DNA of 64,000 nt, taken from positions 286,068,001-286,132,000 of the forward strand of contig OZ024741.1 in NCBI GenBank assembly GCA_964016885.1, in the 5' to 3' direction. The translations under genes and the position numbers were made by a program. This stretch comes from Eledone cirrhosa (Eukaryota). The notes below the pieces were generated by a model. That model was given only the letters and a program-made list of their open reading frames with translations, was not told the origin of the DNA and made no database searches. Positions 1 through 13,479 of this stretch are shown here, piece by piece; within the stretch, counting starts at the first letter, position 1, and each line of letters starts with the position of its first letter.

Positions 1-317
1 TCTAAAATCAAGATTACAAAATAATCCCACTTCATACGCAGTCAAATCAAATCCCACCATACTTATTCCAGTACATCTGCACTAAGCCGATCTGTTGTAA
101 TGGGTTGAAAAGTGCTTTCACGGTGCAGTTGAAAATTATTGTATTCTTATCTAGTATAACGTCATACCAAATCAGGTAGAACTTATAAGATAATAAATTT
201 CATTTTTCTACTTTAAACCCACCTTAACAAGGAAGATGAAAAAAACTTACAACTTAATTCTTTATTTTTTATTTTTAGTTTTTAATTCTTATTCATTCCT
301 TTTAATTGTAATACTTA

Positions 318-362
318 ACATTTGATAAGATGAATTTTACTAATACATCGAAACCGGTAATA
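318..362 (+). ncRNA. Degenerate minimal type-I hammerhead motif (U3-A8 core variant)
   Basis: TTGATAA (322-328), stem II GATG/CATC, GAAA, palindromic loop CCGG, TA; stem I only ~2 bp, so probably decayed. Confidence 0.4.
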
Positions 363-544
363 CATTATATACGTTATACAACTCTTTCTTAAAAAAATTG
401 TCCCTCTCATTTTTTCAATAATGTCACCTTGACATATCAAAGAAAGGAAAAGAAAGAAAAACAAGCCCTAAAATATACTTTCCGTGCTATTTCCAACTTC
501 ACCTTTTCTCTATAACCACTGTTTTGTATAGAACCTTACTTCCC

Positions 545-580
<36 letters not shown>

Positions 581-608
581 CGTTATTCCGGGTTGAATCG
601 CAGGTAAC

Positions 609-675
<67 letters not shown>

Positions 676-1016
676 AGACCGAGTGAGCCGAGAAAGAGAG
701 AGGGAGAGATTCCCTGTGTCATATCAGACATGTTTTAATTTATACTCGCTTTTAAATATATATGCACATATACATTTTTATTCCCGAATACATATACTCA
801 TAATCATGAAGGCATGCAGCTGCTATATTAAATAGCTTAATAGCACTTAATAATATTTTTCTGCCAGTAAAATTATGAGATATTTTACTTAATTTTTTAT
901 TTGTGTAATAAATAATTTTAAAATGATATTTTAATTACTGCCTCTGGTTATTTTATATATACTGTGTAGAAATTACATTATTTTCAATTGGTGTCGAAAA
1001 TAGCAATAATATTCTT

Positions 1017-1055
1017 CTTATTATTATTATGATTATTATTATTATTATTATTATT
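1017..1055. repeat. (ATT)n microsatellite at the 5' edge of Tx1-like copy A
   Basis: Direct reading of TTA repeats. Confidence 0.95.
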
Positions 1056-1249
1056 GGTCTAAGCGGACGTATTTTCCTCGCTCACAGTAAGTCGCTTTAT
1101 TTGCCTGTTTAAATTATTTGTTGTTAATACTTCTTGTTGTGTAAGGGATATAAGCCCTTAGACTTTGCCCCGTGATGGGGAAAGTATAATATTTGTATAA
1201 TATTTGAACTTTTTTTTAAATGTTAAAAAATTTACGAAGAAAAAAAAAC

Positions 1250-2650
1250 ATGGTTGGGCCACGCCCCCCAGCGATATGTCGGCTGTCGTGCGACAACGAC
1301 GTAGAAGTTAAGAGGAGCGCTACAGCGAAATTAACTCACATTGATAACACAAACACCACCACAAACAAGGTAAACAAAGACACCAATGATACCAATAAGA
1401 ACTCTAATTTGAAAAAAAATGACAGTAACAGCGACAACGAAAATACAGATAACAAAAAAAAAAAATAACAAATGCAACAACAATATCAACACCACTAACA
1501 TGAAAACAAACAGCGACAACACCAACAGCAACAATACCAACTACACCGAGAACAACGGTGGCAGCAAAGACAACAATGATAACAGCGACAGTGCTAACAA
1601 CAACACCAACAAGAACAACGTCGACAACACCCCCAACGAAAACAAGACTACTTTCGCTGCGGCAGCAGCAAAAAAGAGGCCATGCTTCAACATGGACCTC
1701 TCAAACAAAGATGAAAAGTTGGCCCAGGCATGGAAGCTCATCAAGCAAGAGCAAACTTGGGCCAACTTAACTGTCCCGGTAGAAACTATTGAGGCAGTGG
1801 AGCGCAAAACGGTGCATTATAGATGCACCTCAGCACAAACCAAAAGGGCAGCGTTAATCCCACAGGAAGATATCGAAGTCGCGCTGAGATGCATCAGAGA
1901 AGACACCCAGTACATAGAGAGGGGCAGACAGTACGGCACCATTTCGGTATTGTTCAAGTCAGAAGCCCTCGCGATGAAACACGCCATGACTCCTTGCAAA
2001 ACCAGCAAGGTCATAATGTACCCTTCCTACATGGGAAAAAGAACGGCCCGTCTCCGCATTCCCAGAATCCCACCAGGACTTGACATGTGGTGGCTTCTGG
2101 GATGTGTGATTGTGGAGGGGACGGATACAGTCCCTATAGAAGTGACCAGAACGGCCAGAGAGGACTGGTCCGGGGTTGACCTGGAGATCCTTCTCCAGAT
2201 CAGGCCCGAGAATGTGAAGACAATCCCAGACCACATCCGCCTTCAGAATGGGACTGTCATTCACATTATGACCGAAGGCAAAAGGCCGCAGTGTTTTGTT
2301 TGTGGGGAAAAAGCCCATTTGCGAGCCTTCTGCCCTCAACTGCTGAAAGAGGCAAGGGGTCGAAAGGCTCCACTGCTGCCGACGCCGGGGCGAGGACCAC
2401 AACCAACACCTGCACCGGCAAAACCACCAACAACAACACCAATAGAAAGACCACCACCAACATTGACCACCCAGGGGTGAAACGAGGAAAGCTGTCAAAT
2501 TCCCCCTCCCCCCCAAAATACACACACCAATAAAACCTTAAACATACATACAGACACACTTACAGAAACAGACCCCGCATCTACCAATAGTGAAAATGAG
2601 GGAAATCCAAAATCCCCCAAAATACAAAAAAGGAAACACAAAAAGAAAAC
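1250..2650 (+). pseudogene. ORF1 (gag-like, zinc knuckle) of copy A
   Basis: ORFs 1220-1468 and 1419-2480 join across an A-run at ~1454-1465; Asn/Thr-rich N-terminus; CFVCGEKAHLRAFC; Pro-rich tail. Confidence 0.8.
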
Positions 2651-2686
2651 GACTATCAGATCTTTGCATCTGTTAGCCAGCCGGGA

Positions 2687-5600
2687 ATGGGAGGCAGGGT
2701 GGCAGTGCTGTTTAGGAAAGGCCTGGATCTCGAGGTAAGGCCGATCTTCCGGGACTCGGACGGGAAGTTGGTGGTCCTGGACGTGAACAATAATGAAGGT
2801 GGTGCCTTTAGACTGGTGGCCGTCTATGCTCCTACTGGGGCAGGACGGCCGGACTTCTTTAGACGCCTGGAAGCCTTTCTGGGTACGTCTCGCCCTTTAC
2901 TGTTAGCGGGGGACTGGAACGGCATCTTAGACGCACGCTGGGACTGTGTGGGAGTATCCGAGAGGAGCGGGGGGTGCAAAAGTCTCAAGAACCTGATCAG
3001 CCAGTTCCAACTGTCTGACAGGTACCGACTAGATTACCCTAATGCACCAGTGTGGACCTGGGCTAACCGCATAGGGTCATCTAGATCGTATATAGACAGG
3101 ATATTCATTAGGAAAATAGACAGAAATAGTGTAAGCTGTCCACGTTTTGAAACGGTCGCCTATTCAGATCACAAGTTTGTGATCTGTATTGTCGACCTAG
3201 ATAAGACGCGTAGGTTAGGACCTGGTTACTGGAAGCTAAACATGTCATTTCCGGCACGTAAGGCTTACAGGGACCAGGTCAACAATTTAGTTAAGAAAAA
3301 GTTGACAGGGGGAGTCGTCAAAAATAGATGGTGGGAGGCTCTCAAAAGAGAGATTAGAGTAATGTCGATAGAGTTTAGCAAAGAAGTAGCATTGGAGAAA
3401 AATAGAAAGGAGGGAGAGTTGGTAGATAAGTAAGACGAGGCTATTGGTAGTGGTATTGCAACGGATGTGCTAGCGGCGAGAATGGCATTAGACCATTTCT
3501 TCAATGCGAAACACGAAGGTTGCATTGTCAGAGCTAAGGCGCGTGCTCTGAGAAACGAGGAAACCAAAGCTGTTCGATGGGCCCGCGTGGCAGAGGCGCA
3601 GCGTAGTAATAAAACCACGATTCGGTCTTTGACGGACCGAGACGGGCTCGAGCTGAACGATTCCGAGAGGATGTGTGAGGCCTTTCGCCAACATTTTTCT
3701 CGGTTGTTCGGGGGAAGTGGCGGGTCAGAGATGGTGGCAGACTTCAGTCCCTACCTCGATGGCTTACCGCAACTCTCGACGGCTGACGCTGGGCGCTGCG
3801 AAAGGCCAATTACTTCAGCCGAGATTCAGGATGCCCTTGTAGGCTGCATGAGACACAAGTCACCCGGTTTGGATGGTCTTCCCTACGAGCTTTACGTAAA
3901 TATGCCAGACTTGTTCTCCAATCTCCTCGAAGCGCTCTACTGCAACTGGCAGCAAAACGGGAGTATTCCCAGTTCTGTGAGCCGGGGCGTAGTGACGTTG
4001 ATAAGGAAAGACGAGAACAAGAGGGACACATTAGACAATTTCAGGCCCATAACTCTGCTCAACACAGAATTTAAGATTTTGGCCAGGGTGTTAGCGAAGA
4101 GGTTGGCGCTTGTCGTCGGGGATTTGGTTGGGGAGGCGCAAACCAGGTCCATACACGACAACCTCCACCTAATGCGATACATCATAGAGAGGGTAGGGTG
4201 TAAACCTGGCTTCGGTGGGGCTCTGATCAATTTAGATCAATCGAAAGCATTCGATAAGGTCGACCATCGGTACCTGGAGGCTGTCCTCAAGGCGGCTGGC
4301 TTCGGCCCCGTCTTCAGAAGCTGGATCGCTGCAATGCACAGCGGCACCTGCTCGATGGTCAAAATTAATGGCCACCTCTCGGAATCGTTTCAGGTCTCCC
4401 AATTGGTCCATCAAGGATGCCCTCTCTCCTCCCTTCTGTACGTATTGACTCTCGAGCCTTTACTGCGGAAGCTGGAGCTGTTGCAGGGCATCCCGCTCGA
4501 ACCGGGACGCGGAAAGGCTGTGTCGGCTTATGCGGACTACATCACCGTGATGGTGTCGGACACCTTAGAAATCGAGGTGGTCGGCAACTTATTGGAGGAA
4601 TATGAAAGGTTGACGGGAGCAAAACTTAACCCGGAAAAGTCAGTGGGCTTGCAACTCGGCACCTGGAGAGGCAAGTCCATGCCGTCCAACAGTTATCGTT
4701 AGGTGCTGGACGGACGGACCGGTATAGTTGCTAGGGGTTTGGTTCGGGCCAGACCTCCAGGTGGATAAGAATTGGGACGAGGTGACTGGCAGGGTAATCA
4801 GTCTCACCCAGAAATGGGCTGGGATGAAGCTATCACTGAAAGGTCGGGCGGAGGTGGCGAACGCGTACATCGCGTCCGTCATCTACTACCATCTGACTGT
4901 CGTCCCTTGCCCCCGTTCGCGCCTCGCCATCTTGGAGCGGCTCCTCTTCAAATTCTTGTGGAGGGGTCAGGTACCGCTGGTGAGGCGGTCCATCTGCTGC
5001 CAGCACCCTCTACGTGGAGGGCTGGGCATGACGTGGCTAATGATCCGCAGGCACGCGCAGAGGCTGCGGCATCTCCAGATATTCTGCCTAAACGGTGAAC
5101 AGGTGTGGTCGCCGTTTGTCAGACGTGCCTTTCCGCAGCTCGTTTCTTTGACTGAGTTGCAGTCCTGGGTCAAGAAGAGACCGAGACTGGGTGACTGGCA
5201 TCTGGAATGTTGCCAGGCACTCACTGCCTTCTACCAGGCGGGTAATGCGGTCAGTGGAACATCCACTCTCGAGTTCTATAGAGGATTAGTGGTGGGCAAG
5301 TGCGACGACGCACTCGGAGAGGCTCTGGGAGTCAACGAAGTCGAACTAACCAGTCTGTACCGGAGGACTTTCGAGCCGGGGACGATGGATAATTTCCAAA
5401 AATCCCTCGCTTGGCAGTGCTACCGGGGGGCACTGCCGGTTCGAGATAAACTCTACAGGCACGGAAGTGCTGTCAGACGGACCTGCCCGAGATGCGCGCA
5501 GAACGACGAAACCGTTCTGCACGCACTCGTCCAGTGTCCGTGGAGTTATGTTGAACAGCTGTTATCGCGTGTAGAACGGATCCGGCTATCGGCCGAGTCC

Positions 5601-5885
5601 ATAGTGAAGATCGACCTGCCGCCTTCTTTTTGAATGGAAGGGCAGGCAATTTTCCTCTGTCTGGTGGCAGTAGCGAAAGAGGTTGTATGGCGGACGAGGT
5701 TGAAAGGACTGAAGACAGACACTTTTCTCTTCGGCCAATCCCTCATCAACTTTTTCAAGTTTCACTTGGAAAGGAAGGTGAGGGTGGAGAGAGAAGTGCT
5801 GCCCCCCATTACATTTGCTGAAAGGTGGGTGAATGTGGCGAGAATGGCCCGTGTGACTGGGCCTACTCTGGTCATGCGGCTGTAG
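2687..5885 (+). pseudogene. ORF2 (APE endonuclease, reverse transcriptase, zinc-finger-like C-terminus) of copy A
   Basis: VYAP, GDWN, YIDRIF, SDHK (APE); KSPGLDG, FRPITLLN, KAFDKV, QGCPLS, YADY (mutated YADD); CPRC..H..C; stops at 3431, 4726, 5631 and a frameshift at ~4694. Confidence 0.92.
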
Positions 5886-6543
5886 GTAGGTAAATTTGAA
5901 GTGGAGAGGGGTGCCCTTCCAGAGTTCTCTCGAAGCGTCGGGTCGTTCAGGACTGGTGGGGTACCTGAGCGAACCCTAGGTGGTCATCCCCCCCTATTGG
6001 GGAATGTTTTCTTGTAATTTTCTTGTTACTTTATTGTTACTTTGTTATTGTTACTTTGTTTATTCATATTGTTTACTCGATTTTTCTGTAAAACCTCACT
6101 GTCCCAGTCTTTTGTATTGTCCCCTATATGTCGACCTTTGTGGGCAATAAATGAAAACATTATTATTATTATTATTATTGGCAACCAACGTAGTAAATCG
6201 AATCATCGTGAGCTCCGCAAAGGTTTGTTATTTTCAGTTGTTTAAAATTGCCATTTATGGAAACTTTTTATTATTAACTGTATATAAGTGCACATACATT
6301 GATTTCTGAAAAGGACACTCAAAAATATTGGGGTCTTGAGACCAAAATTTAAACTTTTTATAATTATCAAACAAAAATTTTTCTTTGAAAAATAATTGAT
6401 GTCTCAGAGTCACTCCTTCCTCACAATCTAGCACCTCACACCGACACCACCATTGTAAATATTGCTACGTTTTCCAAATTGGAAATGTAAGCAGTAGCAA
6501 TATTTTATATTCTCAGGCAGACGTTCATTTCCCGCCATTACCA

Positions 6544-7873
6544 ATGACTGCAGGTGTTAAAGCCGCCACCACCACCGGAACCGCGACAACCACCACCCTC
6601 ACCAGCACCACAGCGACAACAGAAACAAAAGAAAAAAATAAATTAACTCGTGATATTGAAATGAATTCAACCAAAATGAACTCTTCCACACCGAAGACCA
6701 CTGACGCCACCACCACCACAACTGAAACTAAAATTAACAATAGCAAAAATAACGATAACAACAACAGTAACAACGAAATTTTAAAACTACCCTGAGTTTT
6801 GCCAGAATAGCAAAAACGTGCGAAGCGATCCAGGTAACTCAGGAGGAATTAGAAGAAGCCAAAGGAATGGTAAAGAAAGATGGGTACAGGGTCAGCCCCC
6901 CCCCCCCCTCCAATAAAATGGAGCATCCCAGAGGTAATAGACCTCACTGACGGCAGCCACCTCACCGTAATCGTCGAGGGCAGTAGACCTAGGTGTGTCG
7001 TTTGTGGTGAAGGAACCCACCTAAGGGCTTTCTGCCCTCAGGCTAAAAGGTTGAAGCCACCTCTCTTACCCACCCCAGTGACTCAACCATCAACACCACC
7101 AGCAGCAGAAATGGCAGCAGCAACTGTAGCAGCAACAACAGAAGCAACTGTAACAGCAACAACCCCAGCAACAGTAGCAAAACCAACACCACCACCGCCC
7201 AACGCGCCAGAACTAGCACCAGCGCCTACGCCATCCACCACGCCACAACCCAAACCAACGCCCGTGGGGGATTTTCCACTCCCCGGCTTATCGCAACTGG
7301 AGACAGATTGTGACGACGAGGCGTGGGAAACGGTATCAGGAAAAAAGAAAAAAAGAAACCAAAAAAGAAAAAATTCTCTTCCTTCCCCCTCCAAAAACAA
7401 AATACAGAGGGAAACAAATAAATTATCAAACAAAAAAGTTAGGACAGATATGCCACCATCCACACCAGCATCACCAACCCCGTCACCACAAACACCAACA
7501 TCATCACCATCATTAACCCCAACACCACCATCACCAACACCACAAACGTCACCAAAAAGCGTAACAGAAACAAACCCACAACAAAACAGCATTAAATTTG
7601 AACAACAACCAATTATTACACTACATGCAACACAACACCAGCATCACAGAAAAAGACTACACAACAACCCAAAAGTTCACACCACCTCCACACATACAAA
7701 TCACTCGCATCACACAGAAAACGTACACGACACTAAAACAAAAATTCCCCAAAGACATCGGAGACTTCCGACAAACACTCTCCAGGAGGATTTATAAGGA
7801 CACCCTTCCGGAGGAGGCCACAAGCAGTGAAAAGGATGGACAAACCATCCTTCCTCTACGAGAAGTAAGGTAA
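6544..7873 (+). pseudogene. ORF1 of copy B (middle deleted near poly-C at ~6896-6908)
   Basis: Thr/Asn-rich start, zinc knuckle, PPLLPTP shared with copy A, Pro/Thr-rich tail. Confidence 0.75.
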
Positions 7874-7879
7874 GTGGTC

Positions 7880-10786
7880 TTTCGCCGGTTAGGGGAGGAG
7901 GGTGCAAGAGCCTCACCAACCTGCTCAGGCGTTTTAAACTGTCTGACAGGTACCGATTGGATTTCCCGAATGTGCCAATGTGGACTTGGACAAATCGCAT
8001 AGGGTCATCCTGATCATATCTAGATAGAGTATTTTGTAGAGAAATAGATATGTCTAGCATAGGCTGTCCACAATTCAAGATAGTCAGCTACACGGACCAC
8101 AAATTCGTGATCTGTGTGCTTGACTTAGATAGGCTTCATAGACGAGGACCCGGCTACTGGAAGCTAAACGCGTCCTTACCAGCGCACAATGCCTACAGAG
8201 ACCGGATTAGCGAACTAGTTAAGCGGGCGTTGACGGGGGCCATCGTCAACAACAAGTGGTGGTTTTCTCTGAAAAGAGCAATTAGAATAGAGTCCATTAG
8301 GTTTAGTAAGGCTTTAGCAATAGAGAAAAATAGACCAGAGGGAGAATTAGTTAGAAAATTAGACGAGGCGCTTAGCAAAGGCATCGTGACCGACGTACTT
8401 GCGGCGAAATTGGCCCTTGAACATTTCTTCAATGCAAAGCATGAAGGCTGTGTTGTCAGAGCTAAGGTGCGTGCTCTCAGACACGAGGGGACGAAAGCCG
8501 TTCAATGGGCCCGAGTGGCGGAGGCGCGTCGTGGCAACAAAGCCACGATCCGGTCTTTGGTGGACCACGACACTTCGCTCAGTTGTTCGGGGGCAGCGGT
8601 GGGCCGGATCGAGGGATGGACTTTAGTGTCTACCTCGACGGACTGCCGCGGCTCTCGGCCACTGAGGCGGAGTCTTGCGACAAGCTGATAACAGCCGCTG
8701 AAGTACGGGAGGCAATGACTAGCTGCACAAGGGGTAAATCGCCTGGTTTGGATGGTCTGCCCTATGAACTTTACGTACAGATGCCAGACTTGGTCGGAGG
8801 CCTCTTGGCGGATGTCTACTGCAACTAGCAACAGAACGGGAGAATTCCCAGCTCTATGAGCCGAGGAGCTGTGGCGCTGCTGAGAAAGGATCCGAACAAG
8901 GGGGATAACATAGATAATTTTAGGCCCATAACTCTGCTAAACACAGAGTTCAAGATTTTGGCCAAGGTGCTAGCAAAGAGGTTGGCGCTTGTCGTTGGTG
9001 GTCTGGTGGGAGAGGCGCAGACATGCGCCATTCCCGACAGGTCCATCCACGACAACCTCCACCTCATGCGATACATCGTAGAGAGGGTAGCTAGGGAACC
9101 TGGCACGGATGGATTCTTGATCAATTTAGATCAGTCGAAAGCTTTCGATAGGGTCGACCATCGTTACCTAGCGGCAGTGCTGAAGGAGGCTGGCTTTGGG
9201 CCCGTCTTCAGAGGCTGGATCGCTGCGATGCACAGCGACATCTGCTCTGTGGTGAGAGTGAACGGTCACCTTTCGGAACCGTTCAACATCATGCGCTCGG
9301 TCCGCCAAGGATGTCCTCTCTCGTCCCTCTTGTACGTATTGACTCTCGAGCCATTACTGCACAAACTGGAGACGTTGAGGGGGGTCCCGCGCGAACTAGG
9401 ATGCGGAAGATCCGTGTCAGCATATGCGGACGATGTCACCGTAGTGGTGTCGAACGCCAAACACATCGAGGCGATCGGCACTACACTAAGAGAATACGAA
9501 GCTGTGACAGGAGCAATGATCAACCAGGTAAAGTCAGTGGGCCTGAAGCTCGGCACCTGGAGAGGCAGGTCCATGCCGTCCAACAGGGTTGTCGGGCGCT
9601 GGACGGACCAGTTAAATTGCTCGGGGTCTGGTTCGGTCCGGATCTCCAGACGGACAAAAACTGGGACGAGGTGACGAGCAGGGTGGCTTCTCTCACCCAG
9701 AAATGGGCCGAGAGGAAGCTATCCCTGAAAGGTCGAGCGGAGGTGGCTAACGCCTATATTGCGTCCGTCATCTACTACCGCCTGACCGTCGTACGTTGTC
9801 CTAAGCCCCGCGTGACTGCGCTGGAGCGTTTGCTCTTTCTCTTTTTGTGGAGGGGACGGGCTCCGATGGTCAGGCGGTCCATCTGCTGTCAACACCCGCT
9901 ACGTGGAGGGCTGGGCATGCCGTGGCTGATGATGCGCAGACACGCGCTCAGGCTACGACATCTCCACCTCTTCCTCGACGGTGATCAGGTGTGGTCGCCG
10001 TTTGCTAGACACGTTTTTCCCCAGCTCGTCTCCTTGACGGAGCTGCAGTCCTGGGTCAAGCGAAGACCGAGAGGGAGCGCTTGGAGACTGGAATATCTTC
10101 AGGCGCTCACAGCCCTCGACCAATCGGGCAATGTGATCGGTGGAAACTCCACCTTGGCGTTCTATAGGGGATTAGTGGAGGGGAAGAGCGACGACGTACT
10201 TGGAGAAACTCTAGGCGTCGACGAAAATCAACTAGCCAATCTCTTCGGAAGGACTTTCGGGCCGGGGCCTATGGACAACTTCCAAAAATCCCTGGCCTGG
10301 CAGTGCTACCGGGGTGCTTTGCCAGTTCGGGATAAACTTTACAGGCATGGAGGTGCCGTCAGCCGGGCATGTCCGAGATGCGCACAGGGCGACGAAACCG
10401 TCCTGCACGCACTCGTCCAGTGTCCGAGCATTGCTGACTTGTGGGTTTATGTCGAACACCTGTTGTCACATGTAGGACGGATCCAGCTATCAGCTGAGTC
10501 CATTGTGAGGATTGCCCCGCCCTCTTCCTTTAGCCGGGAAGGGCAGGCAGTTTTTATCTGTCTGGTGGCCATGGCGAAAGAGATAGTATGGTGGACACGT
10601 TTGAAAGGGCTGAAGACGAGCACTTACCTCTTCGGTGATGCCCTGATTAACTTTTTCAAATTTCATCTGAAAAGAAAAATCAGGGTAGAGAGGGAAGTGC
10701 TCTCTTCCCAGCATTTTGTTGAAAGATGGGTGAGAGAAGCAAGTATGGCCCGAATGAATGGGCCTTCTCTGAGTATGTGTCTGTAA
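7880..10786 (+). pseudogene. ORF2 of copy B (APE N-terminus deleted, several stops and frameshifts)
   Basis: TDHK, GYWKLN, KSPGLDG, FRPITLLN, KAFDRV, QGCPLS, YADD, CPRCAQGDETVLHALVQC. Confidence 0.92.
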
Positions 10787-11029
10787 ATTAAAGGTGGAAA
10801 ACTGAGAGAGGGCACTTGCCCTGGTGGTCAGGGCCACTGTGGTCTTTTAATGGGCTTTCTCCACAAATGTCCCTCGGAAGTCTCCCCCCTATTGGGGAAT
10901 TTTTCTTTGTTATTTTATTTCATCCTCTGTTTTTTTTACACGCAGAAATGCCCATTTGTACCGTCCTGTATTGTCCTGTACTGTCCTTAATGTCTACTTT
11001 ATGTAAACCCTTGTGGTTAATAAAGAAAA

Positions 11030-11065
<36 letters not shown>

Positions 11066-11079
11066 CATTATTATTATTA

Positions 11080-11493
11080 CACTGTATCGGTAGAGCATCG
11101 CACACCCTGCTTCGCGACATACAGGTACGGCCCTAATTTCAAATGCCGCCGAGGTTAGCTTTGCCTTTCCTCCTTACGGGATCGATAAAATAAAGTACCA
11201 GTAATGCACTGGTGCAATTTAATCGACTTTCGCCTCGCCAAAAATTGTTGTCCTTGTGCCTATATCAGAAATCATTATTATTATTATTAGGCAGTATCGA
11301 CAGAGCATCGCACACTCTGCTTCGCGACATAGAGTTACGACGCTTTACTTTCTGATTCCAAATGCTATCAATGTTAATGTTGCCTTTCATCCTGAAGTGT
11401 CGATAAAATAAAATAGCACTAATGTACTGGGAAAAATGTAATCGATTCCACCCACCCCAAAACATTGCTGGCCTTGTGCCTAAATCAGAAATC
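11080..11493 (+). mobile_element. Two tandem tRNA-derived SINEs of the main family (11080-11273, 11290-11493)
   Basis: A-box-like GGCAGTATCG, central GCCTTTCATCC..GTCGATAAAATAAAGTACCAG core (resembles the Meta/MESC SINE domain, from recall), tail CCTTGTGCC..GAAATC-(ATT)n. Confidence 0.85.
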
Positions 11494-12778
11494 ATTATTA
11501 GTATTATTACTATTAAGATGCTGGAAATGTTGACTAAATGCACGAAGAGTAAGCCGCCTGGTTTGAATAGTCTGCCATAAAACCTAGGGATGTCCTTCGA
11601 GTTACTAGAAATAACAGCCGACTTCCCATCAAATCACACTCTACCATCATAAAAGAGAACAACACAATGCGTTATATAATAGAGTGATAATAGATAGAAT
11701 GTCTTTGATCACACGTCCGTTCAGTAATAGCTGAGCTGGGGCTAAACATAATCACCACCAACAAAATCATCACCAGGCGTACAAATATAGAGTGGACACT
11801 AAAGAAAGTAATGCTATATATCCATAGTGTAAAACTGAATACCTTGCAATACATTACAAGGTGAAGTGTGCAGTGTGGTCTTCAGTTAGTGAGAGAGGCA
11901 AGGTATATATCCTATATTTATTGATCTGTGTATCAAGCCAAGTCATTTAATGACTTCCTATCTGCGTGTTATCAGTCTACTTTTTCTTAGTAAGATCAGT
12001 TTCTCAACTTAAATATAATTATTTCTTACTATTTATCAAAAATCATTTACTTTATGTTCTTTTAATTGTTCGTGCTGTATGGATTATTTAAAAACGTAAA
12101 AAAAAACAAATAAACAGCATAACTGTTTCAGATAATAAATGTGATATTCAGTAGAAATCTAATTATGATTTGATATAAGACATTTATTGCGCTATTACTT
12201 TATATGATAAAAGGTAAAACTCTTATATGCAAGTTAATAAAGAAAAGTTCAATTGTATTTTGCCGGATATCAGAAAATTCGAATTCAATAATATGATGAC
12301 CGGATGCTGATATTAAATAAAAGTAAATAAATAGGAATAATAAGTAAATAAATATAGAATGTCATTAAAGAATATTTCCCCGATAAATCTGTAATAAACC
12401 ATAAAATTATTGCAAAATGTATAATAGAAGCAGTGAATTACAATTCTCTTTCATTAACTTTCATTTTCAGAGATAACTACTCATACTATACAAAGATATG
12501 TGATATATGACCAGGAGTTGTAAAAAGACAAACACCCAAATAAAATCTATTTTACAAGTAGGTCTTTAACGAACAAATAATATATATGAAATTTATCATT
12601 GTACACAGACCTCATGAAATAGAACTAATATACCATTTGTGATGAAGGATCTAGTGTTTATGAAAACGAAAGAGAAATATGATTTATTACCTCATGTTCC
12701 CAATTATATATTCCATACAATAACACTCTAGGCATTAAACCAACATCTACTCCTCAGCTGTGCATGTATTGATATGTA

Positions 12779-13082
12779 CGAGGTGTGTTATAAAGGAAAC
12801 AGCATTGGGGTCGCAAACAAAATATTTCAAATCCAAACTACAAACTACAAGTTTTGCTCTTCGAAAATATCTTCCTCGTGTCTAATACGCTTTCCCATCC
12901 GTCTCTATCACCCCTTCATATACTCCTGGATTCTCGTGGGATTCTCCGGAGCTCCGTCATCAAAGCCTTCTTGATGGCTTCCACTTCCGATGGCTTCCAC
13001 ATCCTCTTCATGACCATCTTGAGCTTGGGGAAAAAAAGAAAAAATCACAAAGCCATGTGGGGTGAGTAGGGAGGATGCTCGT
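12779..13082 (-). mobile_element. Mariner transposase 3' remnant
   Basis: Minus strand reads EHPPYSPHMAL-DF-FPKLK across frameshifts, matching the mariner HPPYSPDLAPCDF motif; TA-CGAGGT terminus at 12777. Confidence 0.75.
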
Positions 13083-13479
13083 ATGTTCATACGAGAGCAG
13101 GCATAACCAAATTGTTAAAAGGTTTACTTGGGTAAACTTTTTCCGATGCTACTGTCCGATGCCACTTCTCCTTATGCATGTTTTTAACTACAGCTTTTGG
13201 ACAACCCAAATATTGGGAGGAGAACTGGACGAGCGGTATCCAAGTGGCGGTCTTTCAGTCAAAATGTACCTGTAATTCAAACGTCCAGCATTATTGGACA
13301 TTTCTATGTTGATTCTGCTGAAGAGTAGGTCAAAATAAAATTGTGTGTGAAACAATGAGCAATAACTCGTACTGAACTCTTAGGGACGTTGTCGTGACAT
13401 TTTACACCTGGCAGAGCCCATTCTTCTCAAGGACTAAACAGCCAATTTCTTCCAAATAAGGGGAGTGATAAAGTGGGGG

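Larger units (their letters stand above)
1056..6158 (+). mobile_element. L1/Tx1-clade non-LTR retrotransposon copy A (near full length, internally deleted, inactive)
   Basis: ORF1 with CX2CX4HX4C knuckle; ORF2 with APE, RT and C-terminal Cys/His motif; AATAAA then (ATT)n tail; flanked by (ATT)n on both sides. Confidence 0.92.
6180..11030 (+). mobile_element. L1/Tx1-clade copy B (related subfamily, internally deleted)
   Basis: Starts right after the (ATT)n tail of copy A; CVVCGEGTHLRAFC knuckle; RT with YADD; ends AATAAAGAAAAC-(ATT)n. Confidence 0.92.

Noticed and set aside
1-200. Possible C-terminus of a PLE GIY-YIG (LKSRL.., STSALSR)
   Set aside because: Too degraded and cut by the window edge
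1331-10837. Antisense and alternate-frame ORFs over the LINEs
   Set aside because: Shadows of GC-richer TE coding sequence with no independent motifs
11525-11580. KCTKSKPPGLNSLP, resembling LINE KSPGLDGLP
   Set aside because: Only ~50 bp; at best a tiny remnant
12455-12771. Polypyrimidine-CAG acceptor-like site and possible host exon
   Set aside because: Early stops in all frames and no recognisable protein
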